From NCBI GenBank assembly GCA_964345035.1, contig CAYFPO010000003.1:6800-70799 (forward strand): a stretch of 64,000 bases of DNA, given 5' to 3'. Every line of letters begins with the position of its first letter. Within the stretch, counting starts at the first letter, position 1. The notes beneath the pieces were generated by a model. It was given only the letters and a program-made list of their open reading frames with translations, ran no database searches and had not been told where the DNA came from. Below are positions 20,755-30,950 of the stretch, in pieces. The translations under genes and the position numbers were made by a program. The DNA comes from an uncultured bacterium (GTDB taxonomy: Bacteria > Fidelibacterota > Marinisomatia > SCGC-AAA003-L08 > GCA-002704045).

Positions 20755-21990
20755 ATGAGTGTCTATTTACCAATTATTAGTAGTGTTCTGGTTTTTACAT
20801 TGGTTATAGTAATACTAGTTACTGTACTTACACTCGCTGAGAGGAAACTACTTCCCAGGGGTGAAGTTAACATTTTAATAAATGATGATTATGAGAACAG
20901 TATAAAAATAAATCCGGGGCAGACCTTATTAAATGCATTATCATCAAATTCTATCTTTCTTCCATCAGCTTGTGGCGGCGGAGGTACTTGTGCTATGTGT
21001 AAATGCCAGGTTCTGAAGGGTGGCGGTCAAATATTATCAACAGAACTATCGCATATTTCTCGTTCTGATGCTAAAGACAATTGGAGGTTAGGATGCCAAG
21101 TCAAAGTTCGTGAAGATATGGAAATCAAAATTTCTGAAGAATTCCTTAACATCCGTAAATGGGAATGTACAGTCAAATCAAATGAAAACGTAGCCACATT
21201 TATTAAAGAACTGGTTTTAGAGTTGCCCCAAGGTGAAGTATTGAATTTTCAATCCGGAGGATATATACAAATTGATATTCCAAAATTTAATATGAATTTT
21301 AATACTATTGAAGTTCAGGAAGAGTATCATCCGGATTGGGATAAATATAAAATTTGGGATTTAAAGACAGAAAATAATGAAGAAGTATTTCGAGCTTACT
21401 CAATGGCAAATCATCCTGCTGAAGGTAACCGAATTATGCTGAATGTACGGATAGCAACTCCACCTCCACCATTATGGAATGATGTCCCTCCCGGGGTTGC
21501 TTCATCTTATATTTTTCAACTCAATACTGGAGATAAAGTCACTATTTCAGGACCTTTTGGAGAATTTTATATTAAGGAAACTGATCGTGAAATGGTTTAC
21601 ATTGGAGGCGGGGCAGGGATGGCTCCTTTACGATCTCATTTATTCCATTTGTTTCATACTTTAAAAACAGATCGGAAAGTATCATTTTGGTATGGTGCAC
21701 GTTCATTAAGAGAAATGTTTTATTGGGAAGATTTCAAGCAAATTGAAGAAATATTCCCTAATTTTTCATTTCATCTTGCACTTTCTGAACCTATGGAAGA
21801 AGATAATTGGGATGGAGCAACCGGATTTATACATCAAGTTGTTTATGATAAATATTTATCAAATCATGATGATCCTACAGAAATTGAGTATTATATGTGT
21901 GGTCCACCACCAATGATATCCGCCGCAGAAAATATGTTGTATGATTTAGGTGTTGAAGAAGATATGATCGCTTATGATAAATTTGGTTAG
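20755..21990 (+). CDS. nqrF: Na+-NQR subunit F
   Basis: N-terminal TM segment, 2Fe-2S ferredoxin motif CGGGGTCAMCKC, RAYSMAN FAD motif, and an NAD-binding domain GGGAGMAP. Confidence 0.95.
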   Translation: MSVYLPIISSVLVFTLVIVILVTVLTLAERKLLPRGEVNILINDDYENSIKINPGQTLLNALSSNSIFLPSACGGGGTCAMCKCQVLKGGGQILSTELSHISRSDAKDNWRLGCQVKVREDMEIKISEEFLNIRKWECTVKSNENVATFIKELVLELPQGEVLNFQSGGYIQIDIPKFNMNFNTIEVQEEYHPDWDKYKIWDLKTENNEEVFRAYSMANHPAEGNRIMLNVRIATPPPPLWNDVPPGVASSYIFQLNTGDKVTISGPFGEFYIKETDREMVYIGGGAGMAPLRSHLFHLFHTLKTDRKVSFWYGARSLREMFYWEDFKQIEEIFPNFSFHLALSEPMEEDNWDGATGFIHQVVYDKYLSNHDDPTEIEYYMCGPPPMISAAENMLYDLGVEEDMIAYDKFG

Positions 21991-23029
21991 ATTAAAATTG
22001 AAATATTTTGTGGAGAAAGGTCGATGTAATCCATCGGCCTTTTTATATTGTTTACTGATTCTTTTTAGTTCTTGTGGGAAAATTAACTCAACGAATTTCA
22101 CTGGATATACTATGGGAACTACTTATAATATTATATTAAATGGATCGTTTGGCAGTAATGATATAAATCTATTACAAATTGAAATTGACTCCCTTTTAAA
22201 AGTGATAAATGATTATTTTTCTACCTATCTTGATGCCAGTGAGATTTCACAATTTAATAGGAGTAAAGAGACGTTCAAACCATCTAACGAATTTATAAAA
22301 TTATTCAATTTGAGTAAAGAAATCTATAATTTAACGGACGGAAGTTTTGATCCGACAGTTTATCCTTTAGTGGAATTATGGGGTTTTGGTAATAAGGATT
22401 ACGTAAGTTTACCCCCTCAACACGAAATTATATTTAAAACTCTCAAAAAGGTTGGATTAAACAAATTAATTCTTAAAAAAGAATTTTTAGTTAAACTTCA
22501 TCCTGACGTAAAGTTAGATTTCAGCGCTGTTGCAAAAGGGTTTGGTGTCGACAGAGTGAGTCAATTATTACAAAGTAATGGCTATACTGATTTTATGGTT
22601 GAAATTGGAGGTGAGGTGTATTGTTCAGGAAAATTAAATGAAAATTTATGGAAAATTGGGATTCAGAATCCTGATCTAACAGAAGAAATTGGACAAATAC
22701 TGATTATAGCTGAAGTAAGTGATAAAGCAATTGCTACAAGTGGAAATTACAGGAATTATTTTACGTATAATGATAAGATATATTCTCACACAATTAATCC
22801 AAAAACTGGGTATCCGGTAGAAAACAATGTATTAAGTATAACAGTTTTATCAAATGACTGTGCAACTGCAGATGCTCTTGCAACCGGGCTCATGGTTCTT
22901 GGGGATAAACGGGGAATGGAATTGGTTAATCAACTGGAAAATACTGAAGCAATATTCATTAAAAAAGTTGGAGATACAAAGAAATTATTGTTGTCAGAAA
23001 ATGCAGATAAATATGTTAAGATTCAGTAA
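21974..23029 (+). CDS. apbE: FAD:protein FMN transferase (ApbE family), probable lipoprotein
   Basis: GYTMGTTYNI near the mature N-terminus, AVAKGFGVD, AIATSGNYRN and ATADALATG motifs; LFSSC lipobox-like site. Start uncertain: ATG 21974 overlaps nqrF, and GTG 22010 would give a signal peptide of normal length. Confidence 0.85.
   Translation: MINLVRLKLKYFVEKGRCNPSAFLYCLLILFSSCGKINSTNFTGYTMGTTYNIILNGSFGSNDINLLQIEIDSLLKVINDYFSTYLDASEISQFNRSKETFKPSNEFIKLFNLSKEIYNLTDGSFDPTVYPLVELWGFGNKDYVSLPPQHEIIFKTLKKVGLNKLILKKEFLVKLHPDVKLDFSAVAKGFGVDRVSQLLQSNGYTDFMVEIGGEVYCSGKLNENLWKIGIQNPDLTEEIGQILIIAEVSDKAIATSGNYRNYFTYNDKIYSHTINPKTGYPVENNVLSITVLSNDCATADALATGLMVLGDKRGMELVNQLENTEAIFIKKVGDTKKLLLSENADKYVKIQ
22019..22045 (+). 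terminator. Terminator-like hairpin plus T-run just after nqrF, inside the 5' end of apbE
   Basis: GGTCGATG (22019-22026) pairs with CATCGGCC (22032-22039) for 8 bp including one G-U pair. The loop is 5 nt, and TTTTT follows at 22040-22044. Confidence 0.35.
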
Positions 23030-23195
23030 GATTTAATTTCAAACGGCAAATGTTTTGCTGAATTTTATTACATGTGCAATCCTTATCTTCACCGCCACAA
23101 GAACCTGTAAGTTCCTTATAATTGAATAATACACCTATTGCCATAGAAAATACAGCAACAATTATTATAAGAATTGTGATAATTAATGTTAACAT
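23016..23195 (-). CDS. nqrM: NqrM-like (DUF539) small membrane protein, Na+-NQR maturation factor; not in the ORF track (59 aa)
   Basis: My minus-strand translation is MLTLIITILIIIVAVFSMAIGVLFNYKELTGSCGGEDKDCTCNKIQQNICRLKLNLTES*. It has one TM helix, then the GSCGG motif and four Cys residues, as in NqrM. It lies immediately after apbE. Confidence 0.7.
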   Translation of the reverse strand: MLTLIITILIIIVAVFSMAIGVLFNYKELTGSCGGEDKDCTCNKIQQNICRLKLNLTES

Positions 23196-23278
23196 TTGCT
23201 CAGTAAATCTACTCTTAACTACTTATATTTGTTCCTTTAATTTTACTCAATTTGACAATTTATTAATTCAGGATTAAT

Positions 23279-24688
23279 ATGAAAAGATACATCTATTTTA
23301 TACTTCCGTTTTTAATTGGAATAATAAATGCCGGGGATGGAAGTGCAGGTCATGGTGTAGATGGGAAAATTCTCCAATTATACAGTATCATACCATTTAT
23401 TGGTATATTATTATCCATTGCAATTACACCCTTAGTTGCTCCATCATTTTGGCATCACAATTTTGGTAAGATATCATTTTTCTGGGCTGCATTATTCTTG
23501 ATTCCCTTTTCAATATCTTATGGTCTTAACACAGCTGTATATGAATTACTTCACGTATTATTATTAGAATATTTACCTTTTATAATATTACTCTTGTCAC
23601 TATACACCGTTGGCGGCGGAATACAAGTAGAAGGCACAATAGTTGGCAAACCTAAAACAAATTTAATCATGTTAATAACAGGTACAGTCCTTGCTTCCTG
23701 GATGGGAACAACCGGGGCTGCAATGCTATTGATTAGACCATTGATTAGAGCCAATAATTGGAGACGTAAAAATGTCCATATAATCATATTTTTCATTTTT
23801 CTTGTTGCAAATATAGGAGGATCTCTAACACCTTTAGGTGATCCACCATTATTTTTGGGTTTTCTCCAGGGTGTTAGTTTCTTTTGGACAACAAAAGCAT
23901 TAATTTTTCCAATGCTCATAGTCGTAGTACTTTTGTTGATTTTATTTTTTATTATAGATAATTACTATTTTCGAAAAGAATTTAAAGAAATGCCCTTAAA
24001 ATCCAATCAACCCCTCAGCTTTAATGGTAAGTTTAATTTTATATTAATAGTATGCATAGTATTCAGTGTATTATTGAGTGGTTTTTGGAAACCGGGAATT
24101 GATATCAACCTGGGCAGAATACATTTAAAACTTCAAAATATTATGCGGGATATTTTATTATTGGTTATTACAGTTGTCAGTTGGAAAATGACAGATATAA
24201 AATTTAGAAAAGCCAACGGTTTTACATGGTTTCCAATAAAAGAAGTAGCAAAATTATTTGCAGGTATATTTATTACAATAATTCCTGCAATAGCAATATT
24301 GAAAGCTGGAAATGATGGTGCAATGTCTGCATTATTTAATGTAGTAATGAATCCGGAAACAGGGAATCCGGTTAATAAGATGTATTTCTGGTTAACTGGA
24401 TTTTTATCAAGTTTTTTAGATAATGCACCGACATATCTTGTATTTTTTAATACAGCAGGTGGGGATGCGTCCTTGTTAATGACTGAATATTATTCAACCT
24501 TGCTGGCTATTTCTTGTGGAGCTGTTTTTATGGGTGCTATGACATATATCGGAAACGCACCGAATTTCATGGTAAAAAGCATTGCTGAAGAAAATCAAAT
24601 TAAAATGCCCAGTTTTTTTGGATTTTTGGTATACTCAAGTATAATTTTATTGCCAGTATTTATTATAATAACATATATTTATTTTTAG
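23279..24688 (+). CDS. ArsB/NhaD-superfamily ion transporter (putative Na+/H+ antiporter-like permease)
   Basis: 469-aa polytopic membrane protein with GGSLTPLGDPPLF and FLDNAPTYLVFF segments typical of the citrate-transporter/NhaD-like family. Substrate unknown. Confidence 0.55.
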   Translation: MKRYIYFILPFLIGIINAGDGSAGHGVDGKILQLYSIIPFIGILLSIAITPLVAPSFWHHNFGKISFFWAALFLIPFSISYGLNTAVYELLHVLLLEYLPFIILLLSLYTVGGGIQVEGTIVGKPKTNLIMLITGTVLASWMGTTGAAMLLIRPLIRANNWRRKNVHIIIFFIFLVANIGGSLTPLGDPPLFLGFLQGVSFFWTTKALIFPMLIVVVLLLILFFIIDNYYFRKEFKEMPLKSNQPLSFNGKFNFILIVCIVFSVLLSGFWKPGIDINLGRIHLKLQNIMRDILLLVITVVSWKMTDIKFRKANGFTWFPIKEVAKLFAGIFITIIPAIAILKAGNDGAMSALFNVVMNPETGNPVNKMYFWLTGFLSSFLDNAPTYLVFFNTAGGDASLLMTEYYSTLLAISCGAVFMGAMTYIGNAPNFMVKSIAEENQIKMPSFFGFLVYSSIILLPVFIIITYIYF

Positions 24689-24697
24689 GAGTTAATT

Positions 24698-25141
24698 ATG
24701 TTTAAACAAATTTTAGTACCCACTGACTTAAGTCCAAACGCAGAACATGCTACCAAAAAAGCAGTTCAAATTGCCCATCAATTTAATTCAAAAATTACCA
24801 TTCTGAATGTACATGAAGAGTTTATAGATAAAAATGAGATGGAAATGTTGCGTGTAAGTGTAACAGATATCCAAAATAAGTTCCGGAAAATTGCCGTAGA
24901 AGCAAAATCTGAAATTAAGGCATCCTTAACAAAGATGGAAGCTAATGATATTAATACAGAAATAATTTTGCGGGAAGGAACTCCATATAAAGAAATTCTA
25001 AAATTTGCCATAGAATCTAAAGTGGATTTGATTGTAATGGGAACAAAAAGAGATGAAGGTCTAATGGATTATTTATTAGGCTCTACAACAGAAAATGTTA
25101 CTAAACATGCAAAATGTCCTGTTTTAATAGTCCCAAATTAA
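24698..25141 (+). CDS. Universal stress protein (UspA family)
   Basis: ILVPTDLS...A, DLIVMGT and GSTTENVTKHAKCPVLIV motifs. Confidence 0.85.
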   Translation: MFKQILVPTDLSPNAEHATKKAVQIAHQFNSKITILNVHEEFIDKNEMEMLRVSVTDIQNKFRKIAVEAKSEIKASLTKMEANDINTEIILREGTPYKEILKFAIESKVDLIVMGTKRDEGLMDYLLGSTTENVTKHAKCPVLIVPN

Positions 25142-25205
25142 CTTATTATTGAACGTACTACACTTTGTTTCCTTATTAGTGTAGAATTAAATTTATCCTC
25201 AGAAA

Positions 25206-26222
25206 ATGGTTACAGAAATACATAAATCCTATAAATATTTAAATAAACTGTTAGAAAATAAAAAACAGATTTTACTATCAACGCATGTAAATCCTGATGG
25301 TGATGGATTAGGATCCGAGCTTGCATTTTACAACTATTTAATAGATAAAGGGAAAGAATGTAAAATAATAAATGTTTCCAAAACACCAGAAATATATAAA
25401 TTTTTGGAATCAATTGGTCATATAGATGTGTATGATGAATCGTTTAATGATTGGATTTTATCCTGTGATCTGGTTATTGCCTTTGATATTGGTGATTTTG
25501 AACGGCTTAAAGAAATTGGCAGCTTAACCAAGAAAAATGTACCTGTACTTTGTTTCGATCACCATCCCCATACCGATGACGGTGATTTTACCTATCTGAT
25601 AATTGATGAAAAGGCACCAGCTACTGGTTTCATGGTTTGGGAGTATCTACAGCAAAATTATAAAAACAAGGTTTTACCAATTTCAATTGCAATCCCATTA
25701 TATGTTTCACTTGTAACAGATACCGGTTCATTTCGATATGAATCAACCACTGCTGATACACATAGAATGGCAACACATTTAATTGAAAGTGGAGTGGATA
25801 TCTTCGATATTCAGAAAAACATTTTTGAACAAAGAACCTTACCCCAGGTTAAGATTCTCGGTAAAGTTATAGAAAATTCACAATTTGCCTACAAAAACAA
25901 GATTGCTTGGGCTGAGATCACCATAAAACAATTAAAAGAATGTGGTGCTAAATATGAAGATTTAGAAGGATTGGGCGATTTCCTAAGAGCCATAAGGGGT
26001 GTTGAAGTTTCTGTCATAATGATTGAACGTGAAAATAATAAGACTAAGTTAACATTTAGAAGCAAGGGTAGAATTACAGTGAATGATGTTGCCCATGAAT
26101 TTGATGGTGGAGGGCATAAATTTGCTGCCGGTGCAGTAACAGATTATGGTGATAGTGATGCCATTATGAAAAAAATAAAAAATATATTAGTGAATAAATT
26201 AAAGGATTTAGATGTCAATTAA
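25206..26222 (+). CDS. nrnA: DHH/DHHA1 phosphoesterase, NrnA-like (oligoribonuclease / pAp phosphatase)
   Basis: [23 protein letters not shown] and GGGHKFAAG motifs. Confidence 0.8.
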   Translation: MVTEIHKSYKYLNKLLENKKQILLSTHVNPDGDGLGSELAFYNYLIDKGKECKIINVSKTPEIYKFLESIGHIDVYDESFNDWILSCDLVIAFDIGDFERLKEIGSLTKKNVPVLCFDHHPHTDDGDFTYLIIDEKAPATGFMVWEYLQQNYKNKVLPISIAIPLYVSLVTDTGSFRYESTTADTHRMATHLIESGVDIFDIQKNIFEQRTLPQVKILGKVIENSQFAYKNKIAWAEITIKQLKECGAKYEDLEGLGDFLRAIRGVEVSVIMIERENNKTKLTFRSKGRITVNDVAHEFDGGGHKFAAGAVTDYGDSDAIMKKIKNILVNKLKDLDVN

Positions 26223-26778
26223 GAGCGATTCTTGGATAGAAAAAATGGCATTAGAAAAGGAAATGATTGAACCATATGAATCAAATCAAGTCAGAAATGG
26301 AAAAATTTCCTTTGGCGTTTCATCTTATGGGTATGATCTAAGGGTGGCTGATGAATATAAAATATTTACTAATGTTAATAACAGCATAGTAGACCCAAAG
26401 ATTTTTGATGAAAAATCATTTATAGATTTTAAAGGAGATATCTGTATAGTTCCACCAAATAGTTTTGCCTTGGCAAGAAGCGTTGAATATTTCAAAATAC
26501 CAAGATCCATACTCACTATTTGCGTTGGAAAATCTACATATGCAAGATGTGGAATTATTGTAAATGTTACACCCTTTGAGCCTGAGTGGGAAGGCTTTGT
26601 AACTTTAGAAATTTCAAACACTACACCATTGCCGGCAAAAATTTATTCCAATGAGGGTATCTGTCAGGTTCTCTTTTTTGAAAGTGATGATGTATGTAAA
26701 ATTTCATACAAAGATAAAAAAGGAAAATATCAGGGGCAGGAAGGAATTACCTTACCCAAAATGGAATTGCGGTCATGA
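26212..26778 (+). CDS. dcd: dCTP deaminase
   Basis: [17 protein letters not shown] and [23 protein letters not shown] motifs. Confidence 0.9.
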   Translation: MSIKSDSWIEKMALEKEMIEPYESNQVRNGKISFGVSSYGYDLRVADEYKIFTNVNNSIVDPKIFDEKSFIDFKGDICIVPPNSFALARSVEYFKIPRSILTICVGKSTYARCGIIVNVTPFEPEWEGFVTLEISNTTPLPAKIYSNEGICQVLFFESDDVCKISYKDKKGKYQGQEGITLPKMELRS

Positions 26779-27611
26779 ATATTATTGTAGCAAAAGATGC
26801 AGGATACTGTTTTGGTGTAAGAGATGCAGTAGATATTGCTTATGAAACTTCCCAGGAGAAGGGTACTGTGTACATGCTTGGAGATATTGTTCATAATGAG
26901 CGTGTTGTAGAAGATTTAGCGAGTGCAGGTATTGATGTGGTAAACACCTTGTCAGATGTTCCAGTAGATCAACCCATATTGTTTAGAGCACACGGAACTA
27001 AAAAAAAAGTGTGGGAGAAAGCCAAAGAGAAAAATATGAAAATTGTAGATGCAACCTGTCCTTTAGTGTATGAAATTCATGAGGAGGTGCTTAAACTCGA
27101 AAAAGATGGCAGAAAAATAATTATCATTGGTGACCACGGGCATGATGAAGTTGTTGGAATTGCAAGCCAGGTTAACGATCCCATTATAATATCTACACCA
27201 TCTGAAGCTGATGCATTAAACAAGATGAAATATGCAGGTGTTGTGAGCCAATCCACACAATCAATTGAGAATGTTCAGAAAATAATCAATATTCTAATGT
27301 TAAAAGTATATGATCTCCATTTTATTAATACAATTTGTTTTCCTACAAAGAGAAATCAGGAACAGATAAAAGATCTTGCTGGAAGATGTGATGTAATGAT
27401 AATAATTGGTTCATTCACAAGTGCTAACTCAAAAAGATTAACACTTCTGGCAAAAGAGAGAAATAAAAACTCATTTCAGGTAACTTGTGGAGAGGATGTG
27501 AAATCATCCTGGTTCAAAAATGCTGAGTCAGTCGGCATATCAGCAGGTGCATCCACGCCGGATTATTTAATTGAAGAAGTTAAGACTAAAATAGAGAAAA
27601 TTAAGGATTGA
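26775..27611 (+). CDS. ispH: 4-hydroxy-3-methylbut-2-enyl diphosphate reductase
   Basis: [30 protein letters not shown] and SANSKRL motifs. Confidence 0.9.
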   Translation: MNIIVAKDAGYCFGVRDAVDIAYETSQEKGTVYMLGDIVHNERVVEDLASAGIDVVNTLSDVPVDQPILFRAHGTKKKVWEKAKEKNMKIVDATCPLVYEIHEEVLKLEKDGRKIIIIGDHGHDEVVGIASQVNDPIIISTPSEADALNKMKYAGVVSQSTQSIENVQKIINILMLKVYDLHFINTICFPTKRNQEQIKDLAGRCDVMIIIGSFTSANSKRLTLLAKERNKNSFQVTCGEDVKSSWFKNAESVGISAGASTPDYLIEEVKTKIEKIKD

Positions 27612-27612
27612 T

Positions 27613-28494
27613 ATGAATACCGGAACTTTTGAAATTAAAGTAGGATTAGCAGAGATGCTTAAAGGTGGTGTAATTATGGATGTCACCACATCTGAACAAG
27701 CTAAAATAGCAGAAAATTCTGGTGCTGTGGCTGTTATGGCTCTTGAAAGAATTCCGGCTGATATTAGAGAACAGGGTGGAATAGCAAGAATGTCAGATCC
27801 AGAATTAATTAAAAGTATCCAAAACACAGTATCAATACCAGTAATGGCTAAATGCAGAATAGGACATTTTGTAGAATCCCAAATTTTGGAAGCATTAGAA
27901 GTGGACTACATAGATGAAAGTGAAGTACTCACTCCAGCAGATGAAGCAAATCATATCTATAAACATCCTTTTAAGATTCCTTTTGTCTGCGGAGCAAGGG
28001 ATTTAGGAGAAGCATTAAGGAGAATAGGAGAAGGAGCTGCTCTGATAAGGACAAAAGGTGAAGCAGGATCAGGTAATATTGTGGAAGCTGTTAGGCATAT
28101 GAGAACTATACAAAATGATATTTTAAATTTATCCACATTAAAAGATGATCAACTTATGAGCAGGTCAAAAGAAATTGCTGCACCATTTACCCTGGTTCAG
28201 CAGGTTGCAAAAATTGGGAAACTCCCTGTTCCAAATTTCAGTGCTGGAGGCATTGCTACACCTGCAGATGCTGCTCTTATGATGCAGCTCGGTGCAGAGG
28301 CAGTTTTTGTAGGTTCTGGAATATTTAAATCAGAGGATCCAGAATCAAGAGCGCAATCTATTGTAGATGCAGTCACTTATTTTGATGATCCCGATAAATT
28401 AGCAAATATTTCATCAGGTCTTAGAGAGGCGATGAAGGGTCTGGATATATCAGAAATTCCACCCGCCCAAAGGCTGCAGGAAAGAGGATGGTAA
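27613..28494 (+). CDS. pdxS: Pyridoxal 5'-phosphate synthase lyase subunit PdxS
   Basis: [46 protein letters not shown] and the near-C-terminal QERGW. Confidence 0.95.
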   Translation: MNTGTFEIKVGLAEMLKGGVIMDVTTSEQAKIAENSGAVAVMALERIPADIREQGGIARMSDPELIKSIQNTVSIPVMAKCRIGHFVESQILEALEVDYIDESEVLTPADEANHIYKHPFKIPFVCGARDLGEALRRIGEGAALIRTKGEAGSGNIVEAVRHMRTIQNDILNLSTLKDDQLMSRSKEIAAPFTLVQQVAKIGKLPVPNFSAGGIATPADAALMMQLGAEAVFVGSGIFKSEDPESRAQSIVDAVTYFDDPDKLANISSGLREAMKGLDISEIPPAQRLQERGW

Positions 28495-28501
28495 ACAGGT
28501 A

Positions 28502-29074
28502 TTGAAAATTGGCATTTTAGCTTTACAAGGAGATTATCAAAAACATCAGAAAATATTACAAACCCTCGGAATTGATAATATCTATGTAAGGTATCCGGAA
28601 GATTTACAGGATTGTTCTGGATTGATTATACCTGGTGGTGAATCAACAACTCTGTCAAAATTAATTCAAAGAAATAATTTATATGATCTGTTAGTAGATT
28701 TTGGGACAAACAATCCTGTGTTTGGTACTTGTGCAGGATTAATAATGATGTCTAATCAGCCAAATGACTCAAGAATTCAATCTTTAAGATTTTTAAACAT
28801 ATCTGTTAAAAGAAACGGATGGGGAAGCCAGAAGTATTCATTCAAACAGAATATTCAATTAGAATGGGACAAAGGCCCTTTGTTTAAAGCAATATTTATA
28901 AGAGCACCAATAATAGCAAATTGCAAGGGATCAGTTAAAGTTTTATCTAAACTAAATAGTGAACCAATATTAATTCGAAAAAATAACTATCTTGGTGCTA
29001 CTTTTCATCCGGAATTAGTAGAAGACCACCGAATACATCAATATTTTATTAAAATGGTAAATGCCCAAATATAA
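28502..29074 (+). CDS. pdxT: Pyridoxal 5'-phosphate synthase glutaminase subunit PdxT
   Basis: IGILALQGDY, IPGGESTT, GTCAGLI and ATFHPEL motifs; follows pdxS. Confidence 0.9.
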   Translation: MKIGILALQGDYQKHQKILQTLGIDNIYVRYPEDLQDCSGLIIPGGESTTLSKLIQRNNLYDLLVDFGTNNPVFGTCAGLIMMSNQPNDSRIQSLRFLNISVKRNGWGSQKYSFKQNIQLEWDKGPLFKAIFIRAPIIANCKGSVKVLSKLNSEPILIRKNNYLGATFHPELVEDHRIHQYFIKMVNAQI

Positions 29075-30950
29075 CTCAATATTATCCACAATTAATTCAC
29101 CCAAGGATTTAAAATCATTAGATCCTGATAAACTTAAAATATTATCCATTGAGTTAAGTAATTATATTCAAGAGATTGTTCAGGATATTGGCGGTCATTA
29201 TTCTTCTCCGCTTGGTGTAATTGATCTTACGCTTGCATTACATTATGTATATAAATCACCGATAGATAAACTGATCTGGGATACAGGGCATCAGGCTTAT
29301 GCGCATAAAATAATTACTGGAAGACGTGAAAAATTCAATACATTACGTAAAAAAGATGGGATTAGTGGATTTTTAAAAAGAGATGAAAGTCCCCACGATA
29401 TTTTTGGCGCTGGCCATGCAAGCACCTCTGTCTCGTCAGCATTAGGTTTTGCACATGCTCGTGACAAACTCAAGAAAAAAGAAAATATTGTAGCAATAAT
29501 CGGCGATGGAGCAATGACAGGAGGAATGGCCTACGAGGGGTTAAATAATCTTGGATTTCATCGCACTCAGTTGACAGTTGTATTGAATGATAATTCAATG
29601 TCAATTTCAAATAGTGTAGGTGCTTTATCAAGGTATCTAACTAAAGTTGTAACAAATCCCACATATAATAAGGTAAGAAACGACATTTGGAATATCACAG
29701 GGAAGATGTCAAATGCTACATCTAAATTGATCCGTAAATTATTAAGAAAAACGGAAGAAGGGATTAAAGGATTATTTACACCAGGTGTATTATTTGAAGA
29801 ACTCGGATTAAGATATATTGGTCCTGTAGATGGTCATAATATTTCTAATATGATTGAGGTATTTCAGGGAGTGAAAGACATGAAAACACCCGTATTAGTA
29901 CATGTGTATACAAAAAAAGGTAAGGGATGTTCAAATGCAGAATCTGATTCTACTAAATTTTACAGTCTCTCCGGAAATCAGACATCAGGAAATGGAGTTT
30001 TAAAGAACAGCCCAAATTATTCTAAAGTATTTGGAAAATCTCTGATACAGTTAGCAGATGAAAATTCTAATTTCCATTGTATAACCGCTGCAATGGAAAT
30101 TGGAACCGGAATGGCAGATTTCGTTAAAAAATACCCAGATCGATATATTGATGTTGGAATAGCAGAAGAACATGCTGTGACTTATGCAGCAGGACTGTCA
30201 GCAGCTGGTATAAGACCGATAGTTGCTGTATATTCAACATTCCTCCAGCGCTCTTATGATCAGATAATGCATGATTGTTTATTGCAAAAAATTCCAGTCA
30301 TTTTCTGTATGGATAGAGCAGGTTTAGTAGGTCCTGATGGTCCTACACACCATGGTGTATTTGATATTGTCTTTTTACGAACCCTGCCTGAAATAATTGT
30401 TACAGCACCAAAAGATGGTAATGAGTTAAGGAATCTTCTCGCAACAGCTTTAACTTCTAATAGACCTTTTTCCATTCGTTATCCTAAAGGATCCAGTATC
30501 TCGTTTGTCGAAAATAAAAATGCTGATATTATACCAATTGGAAATTGGGAATTATTAAATAAAGGCGATAAAATTGCAGTCATAGCAATAGGTAGTATGG
30601 TCAACATTGCTGAAACTGCTATTGAAAATATAAAGCAGGCAATTGGATTAACCCCTACTTTTGTAAATGCAAGATTTATAAAACCCATGGATTATGAACT
30701 CTTAGATACAATTATCATTGATCATTCAACTATCATAACAATTGAGGAGGGTGCTGTAAATGGGGGCTTTGGTTCGGGAGTTTCGGATTATATCCACGAT
30801 AAACGGGCCGATATAAAAATCATCAGATTAGGAATACCGGACAGGTTTATACAACATGGAACAAGAGAAGAACTGTTAGAAGACTTAAACTTACATTCGT
30901 TAGGTATTGAAAAGATTATAAAATCAGAGATGAAAAGTACGTATGTCTGA
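29061..30950 (+). CDS. dxs: 1-deoxy-D-xylulose-5-phosphate synthase
   Basis: GGHYSSPLGVIDLTLALHYV, WDTGHQAYAHKIITGR, IGDGAMTGGMAYE and DRAGLVGPDGPTHHG motifs. Confidence 0.95.
   Translation: MPKYNSILSTINSPKDLKSLDPDKLKILSIELSNYIQEIVQDIGGHYSSPLGVIDLTLALHYVYKSPIDKLIWDTGHQAYAHKIITGRREKFNTLRKKDGISGFLKRDESPHDIFGAGHASTSVSSALGFAHARDKLKKKENIVAIIGDGAMTGGMAYEGLNNLGFHRTQLTVVLNDNSMSISNSVGALSRYLTKVVTNPTYNKVRNDIWNITGKMSNATSKLIRKLLRKTEEGIKGLFTPGVLFEELGLRYIGPVDGHNISNMIEVFQGVKDMKTPVLVHVYTKKGKGCSNAESDSTKFYSLSGNQTSGNGVLKNSPNYSKVFGKSLIQLADENSNFHCITAAMEIGTGMADFVKKYPDRYIDVGIAEEHAVTYAAGLSAAGIRPIVAVYSTFLQRSYDQIMHDCLLQKIPVIFCMDRAGLVGPDGPTHHGVFDIVFLRTLPEIIVTAPKDGNELRNLLATALTSNRPFSIRYPKGSSISFVENKNADIIPIGNWELLNKGDKIAVIAIGSMVNIAETAIENIKQAIGLTPTFVNARFIKPMDYELLDTIIIDHSTIITIEEGAVNGGFGSGVSDYIHDKRADIKIIRLGIPDRFIQHGTREELLEDLNLHSLGIEKIIKSEMKSTYV

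Noticed and set aside
25158-25184. A 7-bp inverted repeat (CTACACT ... AGTGTAG) after the usp gene, considered as a terminator.
   Set aside because: It has a 13-nt loop, an AT-rich stem and no downstream T-run, so it is too weak to call.
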